From positions 1 through 64,000 of the IMG/VR virus record IMGVR_UViG_3300003878_000001: DNA of 64,000 nt. The stretch is one strand, 5' to 3'. Below the pieces are notes generated by a model that was not told where the DNA came from, made no database searches, and saw only the letters and a list, made by a program, of their open reading frames with translations. Below are positions 43,413 to 52,099 of the stretch, piece by piece. How positions within the stretch are numbered: position 1 is the first letter of the stretch; the number at the start of each line of letters is the position of its first letter. The position numbers and the translations under genes are program-made. The DNA is from a virus.

Positions 43413-44081
43413 TTACTGAACTAGAGAACGAAGTTGAAGCTTATCTTGCAACAAAGCAGAAGCCAAACGGTCATGTTGAGCAAAGAATTGAAACACATGT
43501 ACTACATTCCCTCGCTTAAACATTCTGTCTGCCTGTTGAGCCAATCTATCACGGTTTGCAGATTGCACGACAGAAAGCAAATCGGGATCATCAGCCAATT
43601 GATGTAGAACCGGGCTCAAAGAAAATCCCTTTGCTTGAAATCTTACGGCTCTAAATACTCTTTCTGGAGACTGCAAAAAACAATCCATATGGCAAGGTCT
43701 GAGAACTTTATCGTTCAAATCGGCTTGTCCAAAAAGAGGGTCTACCAATTGTTGAGTCTTACAGTTCAACGCCATAGCATTAACTGTGAAATCACGAGAA
43801 GCAAGATCAGCATCTAGACTGTCTACTACTTTGAAATCCAATACCCCTAGATCGTGCTTTGCTTTTGCAGTTTTGGCATCAGCATTAAGAACGAAACTAG
43901 ATCCAGATTTTTGAGGCAATGGGGAACATCCAAGCTGTACAAGCAGTGCAGGAAGTTGGTCAAAACTATCAAGCCCTACTACCACAAAATCTAGATCATT
44001 AGGTGCTACGTTCATCAATTGGTCACGTACTCCTCCTCCAACTAGAAAGACATCAACGTTATCAGGTATAAATTTGAACAT
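43413..44081 (-). CDS. short CCA-adding / poly(A) polymerase-family nucleotidyltransferase (head-neck only)
   Basis: Start at ATG 44081 (SD GAGG). Motifs LVGGGVRDQL, DLDFVV, RDFTVNAMA and SPERVFRAVRF. At ~222 aa it lacks the usual body/tail half. By eye the gene looks richer in G+C than its neighbours. Confidence 0.8.
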   Translation of the reverse strand: MFKFIPDNVDVFLVGGGVRDQLMNVAPNDLDFVVVGLDSFDQLPALLVQLGCSPLPQKSGSSFVLNADAKTAKAKHDLGVLDFKVVDSLDADLASRDFTVNAMALNCKTQQLVDPLFGQADLNDKVLRPCHMDCFLQSPERVFRAVRFQAKGFSLSPVLHQLADDPDLLSVVQSANRDRLAQQADRMFKRGNVVHVFQFFAQHDRLASALLQDKLQLRSLVQ

Positions 44082-44099
44082 TTGATGCCTCACTTTTGT

Positions 44100-44294
44100 T
44101 TAGAGCTTTACGGTACGGGTTAAATCAAAACCAATGGTTCTTTTCGCCCCTGTCTTCTTAATTATAGCCTGAATTTGTTTGTCTGTCAAGGATGAATTTT
44201 TGCCTTGAACGATTGTATTATCCGATCTGCGTAGCATGTTATTAATGATTGATCCACCTGATCTTAATTCTTTGATTGCATCCAATTGATTCAT
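44100..44294 (-). CDS. hypothetical protein (64 aa)
   Basis: Minus-strand ORF. Confidence 0.45.
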   Translation of the reverse strand: MNQLDAIKELRSGGSIINNMLRRSDNTIVQGKNSSLTDKQIQAIIKKTGAKRTIGFDLTRTVKL

Positions 44295-44329
44295 GGTAAT
44301 TTTTGTCTTAAAGGTATGATTATCCGTAT

Positions 44330-45712
44330 TTATACTACAGATTCAGGGAGAACAAAATCCTTTTCAGCAGCATATGCACGGTTTAACATGATCCATTGAT
44401 CCTTATTCTTAAATCTAAAGTGACCAGTTCCTTTTTTATAGAACTTCGCCTCCCAGAAATTAAAATCATACCATTCTCCAGGGTAAATAGTGCCTTCACG
44501 TTCCTTTAACTTTCGTAAAGTAATCATGTTGTCATAATTGGAGCCTGTCAAGTTGCACATTACTTTTAACAGGTCATCAATATAATCTTGTTTCCCTCTG
44601 TAACAGAAATCTAAGGAGGTGCCATTCCAATTAACTTCAACGAGATAATCTACAATAAATTTTTGATTTAACATGTGACCGCTATTAGTTTTCCAACCAG
44701 CAACGCCCCAACGATTTTTATCTGTATATCGTGTAAAATGATCAACAGATTCAACTAAAGCCTGTTTTAATGTTTCCTGTCGAGTCATCATGATCATTTC
44801 AATCATGACATAGACATTTTTCATTGTAAAAGGTACATTTGTTTGAGTTTCAACAAACTTGTTAATCTTGTCAATCATACCTCTTGTGACATATTTTCTC
44901 ATATTTAGCATATCAATCGCTTTTGACCAAGCAACCTTTTGCATATGTTTGGAAAATTGTTGACGAGTAGTCACTTCGTTGTTATGACCATATGATACAG
45001 AGAATCGGATACCCGAAAAATCAAGACTTGAAGTCGTATATTTCATCTCTTTTTGAAGAACTAGCAGCTTATCAAAAACTTTCATCGCTCCAACATGAGA
45101 TTGAACAAGACGCCTAACACTGTTATTCTCTGCCAAGCCTATTCTAGTTTCTTCTTCATCAGGTTCCATAAAGAACATACTTTCATAGTCGAAGTCTTCT
45201 GAGACAACAGGAACATACAACTTAATGAGTCCAACAGTTACATTTGTTTTACGTTCTGCATCTGTAAACACTTCACCAAGATTTACTGTTAACCCATAAT
45301 TACGAATCAATGAACTAAGTTTACTATAGTGATAGTCTTTTGAAATAGTTTCCCAATTACAAAGACTAATGATTTCACAACCTTCCGGAGCAATATCAAA
45401 AGCATGTTGAATATGTTCGTGAGCATTGGCAAAAGGTGGATTCATGACAATCATATCCACATGAGAAATGTCTGAGGATTGGACATCAAGAAAATCTTGA
45501 CCAACAAATTCACAATCTTTGGTCTGAAGAATAGCTCGTAAATCCTCTTCAATCTCACAAACAAGAATACGACTTGCTCCAATATCTTTAAGATAGTCAA
45601 CTAGATCGCCTTTACCTGCTGAAGGTTCTAAAACAATTTTACCCGTGACATCTAAACCCATTAGTTCTGATACAGATCTTGGAGTAGGGTAAAAACCAGC
45701 ATTAAACATCAA
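44330..45712 (-). CDS. N6-adenine DNA methyltransferase with a large C-terminal extension
   Basis: LEPSAGKGDL (motif I) and IVMNPPF (motif IV). About 270 aa of extra C-terminal domain. Confidence 0.85.
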   Translation of the reverse strand: MMFNAGFYPTPRSVSELMGLDVTGKIVLEPSAGKGDLVDYLKDIGASRILVCEIEEDLRAILQTKDCEFVGQDFLDVQSSDISHVDMIVMNPPFANAHEHIQHAFDIAPEGCEIISLCNWETISKDYHYSKLSSLIRNYGLTVNLGEVFTDAERKTNVTVGLIKLYVPVVSEDFDYESMFFMEPDEEETRIGLAENNSVRRLVQSHVGAMKVFDKLLVLQKEMKYTTSSLDFSGIRFSVSYGHNNEVTTRQQFSKHMQKVAWSKAIDMLNMRKYVTRGMIDKINKFVETQTNVPFTMKNVYVMIEMIMMTRQETLKQALVESVDHFTRYTDKNRWGVAGWKTNSGHMLNQKFIVDYLVEVNWNGTSLDFCYRGKQDYIDDLLKVMCNLTGSNYDNMITLRKLKEREGTIYPGEWYDFNFWEAKFYKKGTGHFRFKNKDQWIMLNRAYAAEKDFVLPESVV

Positions 45713-45963
45713 TTCATCCTCATATATTCAAATACAATATCGTCAAACATAGAACTTTGACAATCCATCATTTTCCTTAGAAATCCAAGTTTAACTTCTG
45801 TAGAAATCTCGGGATCAGTATCCATCTGGTTTAATGCCAATTGCATCAATTCCATTTTACCTGATCCTCCTGCTCTAAAACATAGGTGAGGATATTTAGG
45901 GGTGATTATGTCTTCAGGATAATCTGAAACCTCATCCCATTTGTAATAGATTTTATCTTTCAT
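45709..45963 (-). CDS. hypothetical protein (84 aa)
   Basis: The ATG is directly preceded by repeat copy R5 (...GTAATGCGAGAAT-ATG). Confidence 0.5.
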   Translation of the reverse strand: MKDKIYYKWDEVSDYPEDIITPKYPHLCFRAGGSGKMELMQLALNQMDTDPEISTEVKLGFLRKMMDCQSSMFDDIVFEYMRMN

Positions 45964-45966
45964 ATT

Positions 45967-46013
45967 CTCGCATTACAGTTTAACTATTTAATCAAAAAAG
46001 TAATAAACTATAG
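45967..46013. repeat. quasi-palindromic intergenic repeat, copy R5
   Basis: CTCGCATTAC-AGTTTAACTAT-TTAATCAAAAAAG-TAATAAACTATAG. Confidence 0.7.
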
Positions 46014-46017
46014 TTAG

Positions 46018-46194
46018 TTACCCTGCATAGATAGTAAGCTGACTATTTCGCTTCAATTGGCGAAGATGCATAGCATAAGTTGCTTGTGAAGCATCTCGTT
46101 GAATGGCGTCATAATCAGATTGTTTCATTCTTGTATTCTTGACTGCTTGAACGTTTGCACCAATTTTAGTTAATCGGTTTGAGGATTTTGCCAT
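46018..46194 (-). CDS. possible small protein (58 aa), below the ORF-track cutoff
   Basis: ATG 46194 shares one base with the upstream TAA (TAATG). Translates as MAKSSNRLTKIGANVQAVKNTRMKQSDYDAIQRDASQATYAMHLRQLKRNSQLTIYAG. Confidence 0.4.
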   Translation of the reverse strand: MAKSSNRLTKIGANVQAVKNTRMKQSDYDAIQRDASQATYAMHLRQLKRNSQLTIYAG

Positions 46195-46346
46195 TAGATT
46201 ACACCTTGTAAAGACTCTATGATAGAATCAGGAAAACGTTTTAATATGTCTTGAATCACCGATTCAGCATCAGGGTATTTTTCTTGATCTTTTGGTATAC
46301 TCAGTTCTTTGACTGTACCATTCCACTTGAATTTTACTGTCACCAT
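46194..46346 (-). CDS. possible small protein (50 aa), below the ORF-track cutoff
   Basis: ATG 46346 follows directly after the stop of 46347-46562. Tight packing supports coding. Confidence 0.4.
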   Translation of the reverse strand: MVTVKFKWNGTVKELSIPKDQEKYPDAESVIQDILKRFPDSIIESLQGVI

Positions 46347-46562
46347 TTAATAGTCACCAATATGTAGAGTTCTTTCCTCAGATATGTTGTCAGGAATATT
46401 TGACATTTGATTATCAAAGTCGCTGGTTTTCTCTACGTTAACGTGGTTTTGAGTCATAGGGACAGACTGATCATAGCCATATTCACCACAACAGGAACAC
46501 ACTAAATCACCCTCCAATACTTTGATTTCTTGAAGTTTAGCGATTAGTTCACTGATTCTCAT
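46347..46562 (-). CDS. hypothetical protein (71 aa)
   Basis: Start taken at ATG 46562 with SD AAGGAA. The track start at 46598 lacks an SD. Confidence 0.5.
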   Translation of the reverse strand: MRISELIAKLQEIKVLEGDLVCSCCGEYGYDQSVPMTQNHVNVEKTSDFDNQMSNIPDNISEERTLHIGDY

Positions 46563-46650
46563 TATCTTGGTTTCCTTTATTGTACTAACATTATACAATA
46601 AGTCCCAAGAAATACATCTCAGGACTTACACGGATCTTTTTGAATTGTGC

Positions 46651-47100
46651 TTAGAATTGGTATCCGTATCCTACGGTAGTAAACGCTCTATCGAAATTAT
46701 AAAACGTATCGACCCGTAAAACATGGCTAGGAGCCAATTCTAGAGCTGTATTGATGTTAAGTGAAGGATCTAGCTCGTCATCAATCCAAGCCACTCCAGC
46801 ACCCGCAGAAACGTCAATCAGAGCCGTATCTATGATATCATAGGTTAGTGCAGCGGAGGCATCTACACCATGATCAAACATAAACACAGAGTAGAGGTTG
46901 ATATTCTCTGTCAATGGTAAATTTGTACCAACGGTAAGATCACCGTTTTGTAATGTGTATCCGACAAAAAGCTCCGGTTGGTTTTCGGGTTGTTCAACGA
47001 TTTCAACAGGGATAGAATAACCAGACAGTTGAATTGGTGGTGTGTAATCCATAGTTTTTGTTAGTTTACTTGTGAATAAAATCTGTGGTTGGCATATCAT
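46651..47100 (-). CDS. hypothetical protein with a beta-barrel-like C-terminal signature
   Basis: Ends in TTVGYGYQF (terminal aromatic residue as in outer-membrane barrels), but I see no clear signal peptide. The start is uncertain (47100 or 47052). Confidence 0.4.
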   Translation of the reverse strand: MICQPQILFTSKLTKTMDYTPPIQLSGYSIPVEIVEQPENQPELFVGYTLQNGDLTVGTNLPLTENINLYSVFMFDHGVDASAALTYDIIDTALIDVSAGAGVAWIDDELDPSLNINTALELAPSHVLRVDTFYNFDRAFTTVGYGYQF

Positions 47101-47260
47101 ATTTCTGATGCCAAAGTAAAGTATCTATGACATTTGTTGTCACTTTTTCTGTGATCCATTTCTCTTTACCAAACCACTTTTCTCGTTTGGATTCTGGAAC
47201 ATATCTCATTAATGAATAAACCATTCGACCAAACGAGAGTTTCACTTTGATTCTATACAT
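47066..47260 (-). CDS. hypothetical basic protein (64 aa)
   Basis: Starts right after the Pnkp stop. Confidence 0.45.
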   Translation of the reverse strand: MYRIKVKLSFGRMVYSLMRYVPESKREKWFGKEKWITEKVTTNVIDTLLWHQKYDMPTTDFIHK

Positions 47261-48136
47261 TTAGAAATTTCCCTCAGCTACTTGGAAACATTGTAACCCA
47301 ATTGATCGCCACATGTCAACCACTTGTTGACGATCATCAAAGACAGCAATCACATTAAAATCAGGTTCAACATGTTTTCTAAACAACTCTTCCTTGACAA
47401 TATTGTCTTTTCGAGTGTCTCCCTCCATACGCATGAATAGGGATAGCTCACCCTTTAGCAAACCATGCCGTAATAACCATTCTGTTGTCTGTCGGTAACA
47501 CTCAAGAGTACCTTCACGACCGCTCATAAAGATGATTTTATGAGTTTTTGCCCAACGTTGAATAGTTTCGATAACAGGCGTATTAGGCAAGTCTTCACCT
47601 ACTCTATCCCACTCATAAGGGGAGCGTTCATCCATTAGAGCAACAGTACCATCAATATCGCAAAGAATTACATCCACCTTATCAGGATCATGAATAACAG
47701 GAGTGATAGGCTTTCTGATGAATTGGTTATACATCCGTTTGATGACTTTTTCACCAACAGAAACAGGACGCTTAAGATCTCTGGCAATACACTCTTCCAA
47801 TGAAACATTAAGAAAAGAACGATTAACAGTGACTTTAACAGTTGCTCCAAAATTTTCACGAACAATTTGACGAATTCTCGCTTCGTGGGATGGAGCCAAA
47901 TTGGTATCACTGACAACAACATGTTTACCTGCTTTTAGACAAGAAATAATCAATTGGTCTCTCATCTCAAGAATGAATTTCTCGTTATTCTTTGACCAGT
48001 GAGAATCATGAAGCATCGCCCTAAGACAATCTTTTTCAACTCTAAACCATGAACGGTTTTTAGAATTGACCAATTCTTTTGCATAGGTTGATTTACCACT
48101 TGCAGGTAAACCCATTAAAATTTGTACTTGTAACAT
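47261..48136 (-). CDS. polynucleotide 5'-kinase / 3'-phosphatase (T4 PseT-like Pnkp)
   Basis: N-terminal P-loop GLPASGKST. C-terminal HAD phosphatase CDIDGTVA...IFMSGRE...FDDRQQVVDMW. Confidence 0.85.
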   Translation of the reverse strand: MLQVQILMGLPASGKSTYAKELVNSKNRSWFRVEKDCLRAMLHDSHWSKNNEKFILEMRDQLIISCLKAGKHVVVSDTNLAPSHEARIRQIVRENFGATVKVTVNRSFLNVSLEECIARDLKRPVSVGEKVIKRMYNQFIRKPITPVIHDPDKVDVILCDIDGTVALMDERSPYEWDRVGEDLPNTPVIETIQRWAKTHKIIFMSGREGTLECYRQTTEWLLRHGLLKGELSLFMRMEGDTRKDNIVKEELFRKHVEPDFNVIAVFDDRQQVVDMWRSIGLQCFQVAEGNF

Positions 48137-48154
48137 TACATAACTCCGTTTTGT

Positions 48155-48466
48155 TTATTTGCCTACATTACACATTTTTCCAATTGTCCATATTCCAGCA
48201 GTTAGAAAGATGCTGCCAACATATGTAATGGGTGTGAGACTAGGTATCATAACTACAATAGCAAAATTCCAAGCACCCCATAAAAAGAATGATGAGATCA
48301 ACCAAGGAGATAAAATCAATAGCAAATACATTGCAACTGCTGATCCTGAAAGAACCAAAGCAAATAATACCAATGAGATATCACCTACAATATCCATTCT
48401 ATCATGGTAGTAGGCTGCTGCAATTAGACTTGCAATCAGAGAAATAGCGGCAATAGTAATAAGCAT
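48155..48466 (-). CDS. membrane protein (103 aa)
   Basis: Almost entirely hydrophobic, with about 3 TM segments. Confidence 0.5.
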   Translation of the reverse strand: MLITIAAISLIASLIAAAYYHDRMDIVGDISLVLFALVLSGSAVAMYLLLILSPWLISSFFLWGAWNFAIVVMIPSLTPITYVGSIFLTAGIWTIGKMCNVGK

Positions 48467-48469
48467 GAT

Positions 48470-48625
48470 TTATCCTAGATTATAATCAGACATTTCAACA
48501 CCATTAAAGAAGATGGTGACAGCACACGAGGATGAATTGTACTCAGAAACGGCTTCATTAAATAATCCCTTCCAAGCGTGGAGCACTTGTCCTCTAATGT
48601 CCACAATCTCAATTAGTGCTTCCAT
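48470..48625 (-). CDS. possible small protein (51 aa), below the ORF-track cutoff
   Basis: ATG 48625 to TAA 48470, ending 3 nt before ATG 48466. Confidence 0.35.
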   Translation of the reverse strand: MEALIEIVDIRGQVLHAWKGLFNEAVSEYNSSSCAVTIFFNGVEMSDYNLG

Positions 48626-48677
48626 TGTTTTCTCCCTTCATTACACTCATTATATCAATTAGTACAACAAATGAACA

Positions 48678-49103
48678 TCAGCATATACACTGATTAATCC
48701 ATATGGCTTGCTCTTGTGGTACACTCAAATCTAATGTCCATATTTGTGAAGGACGTGATAAGTAGTGTAAAGTTAAGGTAATACAGTTTTCAGGATCTAC
48801 TTCTTGATCATAGCCATTGCAATAGAGCATATGTACTATCATTTCTGTACTTGTTTTAGGTGATAAACTGTCAGGAGTATGTACAATTAACATTAATTTA
48901 TGTAAGTCCAATCGTGAGGAGTGTTCATGCGATATTTTTCTAAAACACATTTCACCTGTATATTGTTTATTATCATATTCTTGAATAAGAACTATATCAT
49001 TGGGTTTGAATTTTTGTGATTCGTCAACAATGATATAGTTCTTATTTCTTTTGAGAATAAGATTATATTCAATAGAATCCATCGTTCTGTATTTAAGAAC
49101 CAT
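48678..49103 (-). CDS. ASCH/DUF3850-like (PUA-fold) protein
   Basis: FKPNDIVLIQEYDNKQYTGE matches the DUF3850-type pattern (ND..VGD.L.L.E....YTG). Confidence 0.45.
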   Translation of the reverse strand: MVLKYRTMDSIEYNLILKRNKNYIIVDESQKFKPNDIVLIQEYDNKQYTGEMCFRKISHEHSSRLDLHKLMLIVHTPDSLSPKTSTEMIVHMLYCNGYDQEVDPENCITLTLHYLSRPSQIWTLDLSVPQEQAIWINQCIC

Positions 49104-49384
49104 TAGTGATCTCTCATTGGTCTGATGTTATTGGTTCCGAGATGGGTAGGGATGTCAGCAGAAAAATCACTAGGGGCATCAAAAACAGTTCCTTCAGAGT
49201 CTACGATTCTAGTCATTTCCGCACCTAAAAACTTAGACAATTTACAAGAATTAGTTTTTGTTTTAACAAAAAGCTCTTCACTGTCATCATGACCACGAGA
49301 AAGATAGAAAGCAGTGTAATCTGGTAAACTGCCAATTGGCATATGTGCATCAGTCGGGTGAACTCTAGGCATAATATTTTTCAA
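49103..49384 (-). CDS. hypothetical protein (93 aa)
   Basis: 1-nt overlap with the downstream gene. Confidence 0.45.
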   Translation of the reverse strand: MKNIMPRVHPTDAHMPIGSLPDYTAFYLSRGHDDSEELFVKTKTNSCKLSKFLGAEMTRIVDSEGTVFDAPSDFSADIPTHLGTNNIRPMRDH

Positions 49385-50441
49385 TCATCTCCATAACAGA
49401 TTTTACATTAATCTTTGCAAAATACTCTTGAACAGTTTGTATTTTGCCTGCCCTCAATTGGAATAAAGCTCCTGAAAATTCAGCATCTTTTACAGTAAGA
49501 GCAAATTCTTTTTGTTCTTTGATATCTTGCGTGTTGAACCACACATGTTCTACCATTTGTACTAATTTTTGATACTTTGTTTCTAACTCAGTATAAATAT
49601 CAGCATATTCTTTGAAATAGGATAGCAATTCGCTGCCCTCATTAGCAATAGCAATAGCTAAAAGTTTGTTTCGTGTCATTCCATCTCTGAAATGTGAAAG
49701 TCTAACATATTGTTCTGTTTTGATTTTAATTCTATTGAAATTACTATCTCTAACAATATATCCCTCTTGAATCATAGGATCAAGAGTTTTAGACTGAATT
49801 AGCAAATATTGAAGATTTCCAATTGTTACACCTGAAAGAAAGTTAAACGGCATAGTACCTGTTAATTCAACTTCCTTCAATGTACGAAGATTACGAACTC
49901 CATGTAAAGTTAATAAGTTTGTCTCTTGTTTGACTACCACTCGATTAAGAGGTGTTTCTAATTCAAACATATAACAATAAGTACAATCTAAACCTTCGGT
50001 AGTGTATCCTTCTTCTTTGAATACTTGCCAGAATAGTTCTGCAAAAGTAATGTTGAAATCTCCAACTTGTCCACCACCATCCGCTGTACCACTTGATTGA
50101 ACTAACCATTCACCTTGATAGAAGTATAATGTCATCAAAGATCCATCAAGTTTGGGTACAAATGTTGCTGTTGTCCAATCAATTTCAGCAGCTAATTGTT
50201 CACCATGATTAAAGAACTTGTTGTAAGGATAACTGACTACAGCCCAATCGTTAGACTCATCAAGAATAATACCACGACATTCACAAACAATTTCCTCAGA
50301 GAAAGGTGATTCAATCTGAGAATATTTCAAACATACCAAGTTGTTAAAAGAATTATGTCTTTTAGATTTAATAGCATAGTCTCTTTTAAGAGTTTCTAAT
50401 GTGTTTTCTGATTGTCTTAAGTATGTCTGAATAGCTAACAT
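49365..50441 (-). CDS. RNA ligase, T4 RnlA (Rnl1)-like
   Basis: Start at ATG 50441 (SD AGAAGGAAA). ECRGIIL, YPYNKFFNHGE and motif I PKLDGSL are collinear with T4 Rnl1 (ECRGIMF, MEKFFNLNE, KEDGSL). Confidence 0.8.
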   Translation of the reverse strand: MLAIQTYLRQSENTLETLKRDYAIKSKRHNSFNNLVCLKYSQIESPFSEEIVCECRGIILDESNDWAVVSYPYNKFFNHGEQLAAEIDWTTATFVPKLDGSLMTLYFYQGEWLVQSSGTADGGGQVGDFNITFAELFWQVFKEEGYTTEGLDCTYCYMFELETPLNRVVVKQETNLLTLHGVRNLRTLKEVELTGTMPFNFLSGVTIGNLQYLLIQSKTLDPMIQEGYIVRDSNFNRIKIKTEQYVRLSHFRDGMTRNKLLAIAIANEGSELLSYFKEYADIYTELETKYQKLVQMVEHVWFNTQDIKEQKEFALTVKDAEFSGALFQLRAGKIQTVQEYFAKINVKSVMEMIEKYYA

Positions 50442-50485
50442 AATATATTTCCTTCTCTTGAACTTATTATAACTAATGAAAAACA

Positions 50486-50797
50486 CTATGTCAAATACTT
50501 TGTGGGGATGTAATCAGTATACAATAGGTAAGGAAGAACCATAAGAACTTCAATTTTTGTATCAAAACACCATTCCTTTAAGGTATCTGTTCTAGTTAGA
50601 ATGTATGTACATCCTCTTATGGAATAGGTAATGATCAACTTGTTACCAAAATTTAATCTTACTTGTTTTCCTGATAACTGTCTAACATGTTCCGGGCCAT
50701 CCATGTTACGAATTAGATCAGATAAAGGGCTTAAATAGTTCTTTGCTGCTACGTAAGCCCGAGGATGTAAACCATTAGGCAATTTCTGACTCATCAA
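50486..50797 (-). CDS. hypothetical protein (103 aa)
   Basis: Minus-strand ORF. Confidence 0.45.
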   Translation of the reverse strand: MMSQKLPNGLHPRAYVAAKNYLSPLSDLIRNMDGPEHVRQLSGKQVRLNFGNKLIITYSIRGCTYILTRTDTLKEWCFDTKIEVLMVLPYLLYTDYIPTKYLT

Positions 50798-51101
50798 AAT
50801 CCACCGATTCTATACAATAATCATATCTTGAATCAATACCTTCTTTATATTCTGGTAAAAGAGATTCCAATTTGTTTATGATCTCTAATTCACGAGAATC
50901 ATGTAAAAGAGTTTCCCAAGAATCGATATCTGATCGTTTTGAGCGAACATTATAATCAATACCACACCAAACATTATGTAAATGATTGACTAATTCCATG
51001 AATAAAACAGCCGATGTTTCATCAAGAAAAGCTTTTATATTTTCTTTAGAATACTCATCCCAATCAGTGTATTCACGATATACAATCCAAATCTTTTTCA
51101 T
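50775..51101 (-). CDS. hypothetical acidic protein (108 aa)
   Basis: Start taken at ATG 51101, just downstream of the stop of 51109-51411. Confidence 0.45.
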   Translation of the reverse strand: MKKIWIVYREYTDWDEYSKENIKAFLDETSAVLFMELVNHLHNVWCGIDYNVRSKRSDIDSWETLLHDSRELEIINKLESLLPEYKEGIDSRYDYCIESVDFDESEIA

Positions 51102-51108
51102 TATTCTT

Positions 51109-51411
51109 TTAGTTATTGTATTGTAACTGGTGTGACCAAAGAGCAGTTTTTTCTTCTTGTGACTCTGGCAGTTGAACCAGTTCAGTAAACCCTTTGTCAG
51201 TGTACTCAATGCGTGAATAGGAAGCCATACGACTTAAAGAGGGTTTGAAACCTTTCATAGTCATAGATAACATCTTATCAATAAACTCCGTATTCTCTGC
51301 TTTTTCATACTCTGATTGTAATACTGATTCCCAATCATAATCAAGAGCCTCTGACCCTTGAGAGTAGAGAAATGTAACACGAACTTCAATCATATGTTTC
51401 TTCTTTTTCAA
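51109..51411 (-). CDS. hypothetical protein (100 aa)
   Basis: Minus-strand ORF, the first gene after the tRNA-like RNA. Confidence 0.45.
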   Translation of the reverse strand: MKKKKHMIEVRVTFLYSQGSEALDYDWESVLQSEYEKAENTEFIDKMLSMTMKGFKPSLSRMASYSRIEYTDKGFTELVQLPESQEEKTALWSHQLQYNN

Positions 51412-51472
51412 TCTTTATACTAACCAGTATAATACCAAAAACATTAAAAGTCATTAGTAGAACTACTTAAAA

Positions 51473-51698
51473 TCAGGCTAACCGGACTCGAACCGGCAGA
51501 CATTAACTATAAGAGATGAAACGTGCTTCCCCTTGATTTGCCTTTTGAGCAAGATCCGACAAGTTAATGCCGTTAGGTGCCTCCGCAAAGCTCACTTATA
51601 GAAACTCCTTACGATACAAATGTACTCATGGGGAGTTTGACCAGCATAGCTGTTTCCTTTCCGTTTCAAAGGTGTTTTACCACTTAAACTATAGCCCG
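51473..51698 (-). ncRNA. 226-nt tRNA-like RNA with a ~150-nt insertion at the variable-arm position
   Basis: Hand fold: acceptor CGGGCTA/TAGCCTG (7 bp, one G-U), D arm GTTT-AAGTGGTA-AAAC, anticodon-like arm CCTTT-GAAACGG-AAAGG (A at position 33), ~150-nt branched insert closed by AGCTAT/ATAGTT, T arm GCCGG-TTCGAGT-CCGGT, discriminator A, no CCA. It lies 12 nt downstream of tRNA-Lys. Confidence 0.55.
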
Positions 51699-51710
51699 GT
51701 ATCTTGTGAG

Positions 51711-51784
51711 TGGGATACGTGGGACTCGAACCCACAACCTTGAGATTAAGAATCTCCTGCACTAACCAATTGTGCTAGTATCCC
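51711..51784 (-). tRNA. tRNA-Lys (anticodon CUU)
   Basis: Hand fold: GGGATAC/GTATCCC acceptor, GCAC-AATTGGTTA-GTGC D arm, anticodon loop TTCTTAA, GTGGG-TTCGAGT-CCCAC T arm. No encoded CCA. Confidence 0.8.
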
Positions 51785-51790
51785 GATTTT

Positions 51791-52099
51791 TTAGCTCATA
51801 TATTTCTCGAATGCGGACAAAAGTGAGCTTGGATTTTCGATTATTTTATTAACTTCTTGTTCTAATAGTTTAGGAGTGTTAATAATTCTATCCATTTCAG
51901 CAATTTGCTTCATCATGCGATTATTGTCATCTTCCATACGTTCACGACTTGTGTATGTAATATGACCATTATAACAGATAATAACGTGTTCATCAGTTAC
52001 AATACGAGGAATTCTCTCATCTAGTAATTTTACAAAATCACCAATAGGAATAGCTTCAGGTTCATGGTAATTCTTATGCAGATTATTCATTATAGGCAT
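51791..52099 (-). CDS. hypothetical protein (102 aa)
   Basis: Minus-strand ORF directly upstream of tRNA-Lys. Confidence 0.45.
   Translation of the reverse strand: MPIMNNLHKNYHEPEAIPIGDFVKLLDERIPRIVTDEHVIICYNGHITYTSRERMEDDNNRMMKQIAEMDRIINTPKLLEQEVNKIIENPSSLLSAFEKYMS

Noticed and set aside
46651-47100. An outer-membrane porin / Lom-like protein call.
   Set aside because: Only the C-terminal aromatic signature (GYGYQF) supports it. I could not identify a signal peptide at either candidate start, so the product is left as hypothetical.
51473-51698. tmRNA, or a group I intron-containing tRNA.
   Set aside because: Unlike tmRNA it has a full D arm and an anticodon-like arm, and I see no tag ORF of the usual type. 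For an anticodon-loop intron the 3' strand of the anticodon stem should sit next to the T arm, but the complementary AAAGG lies immediately after the loop. The ~150-nt insert also lacks recognisable P7 and G-site elements. Both ideas still deserve a covariance-model test.
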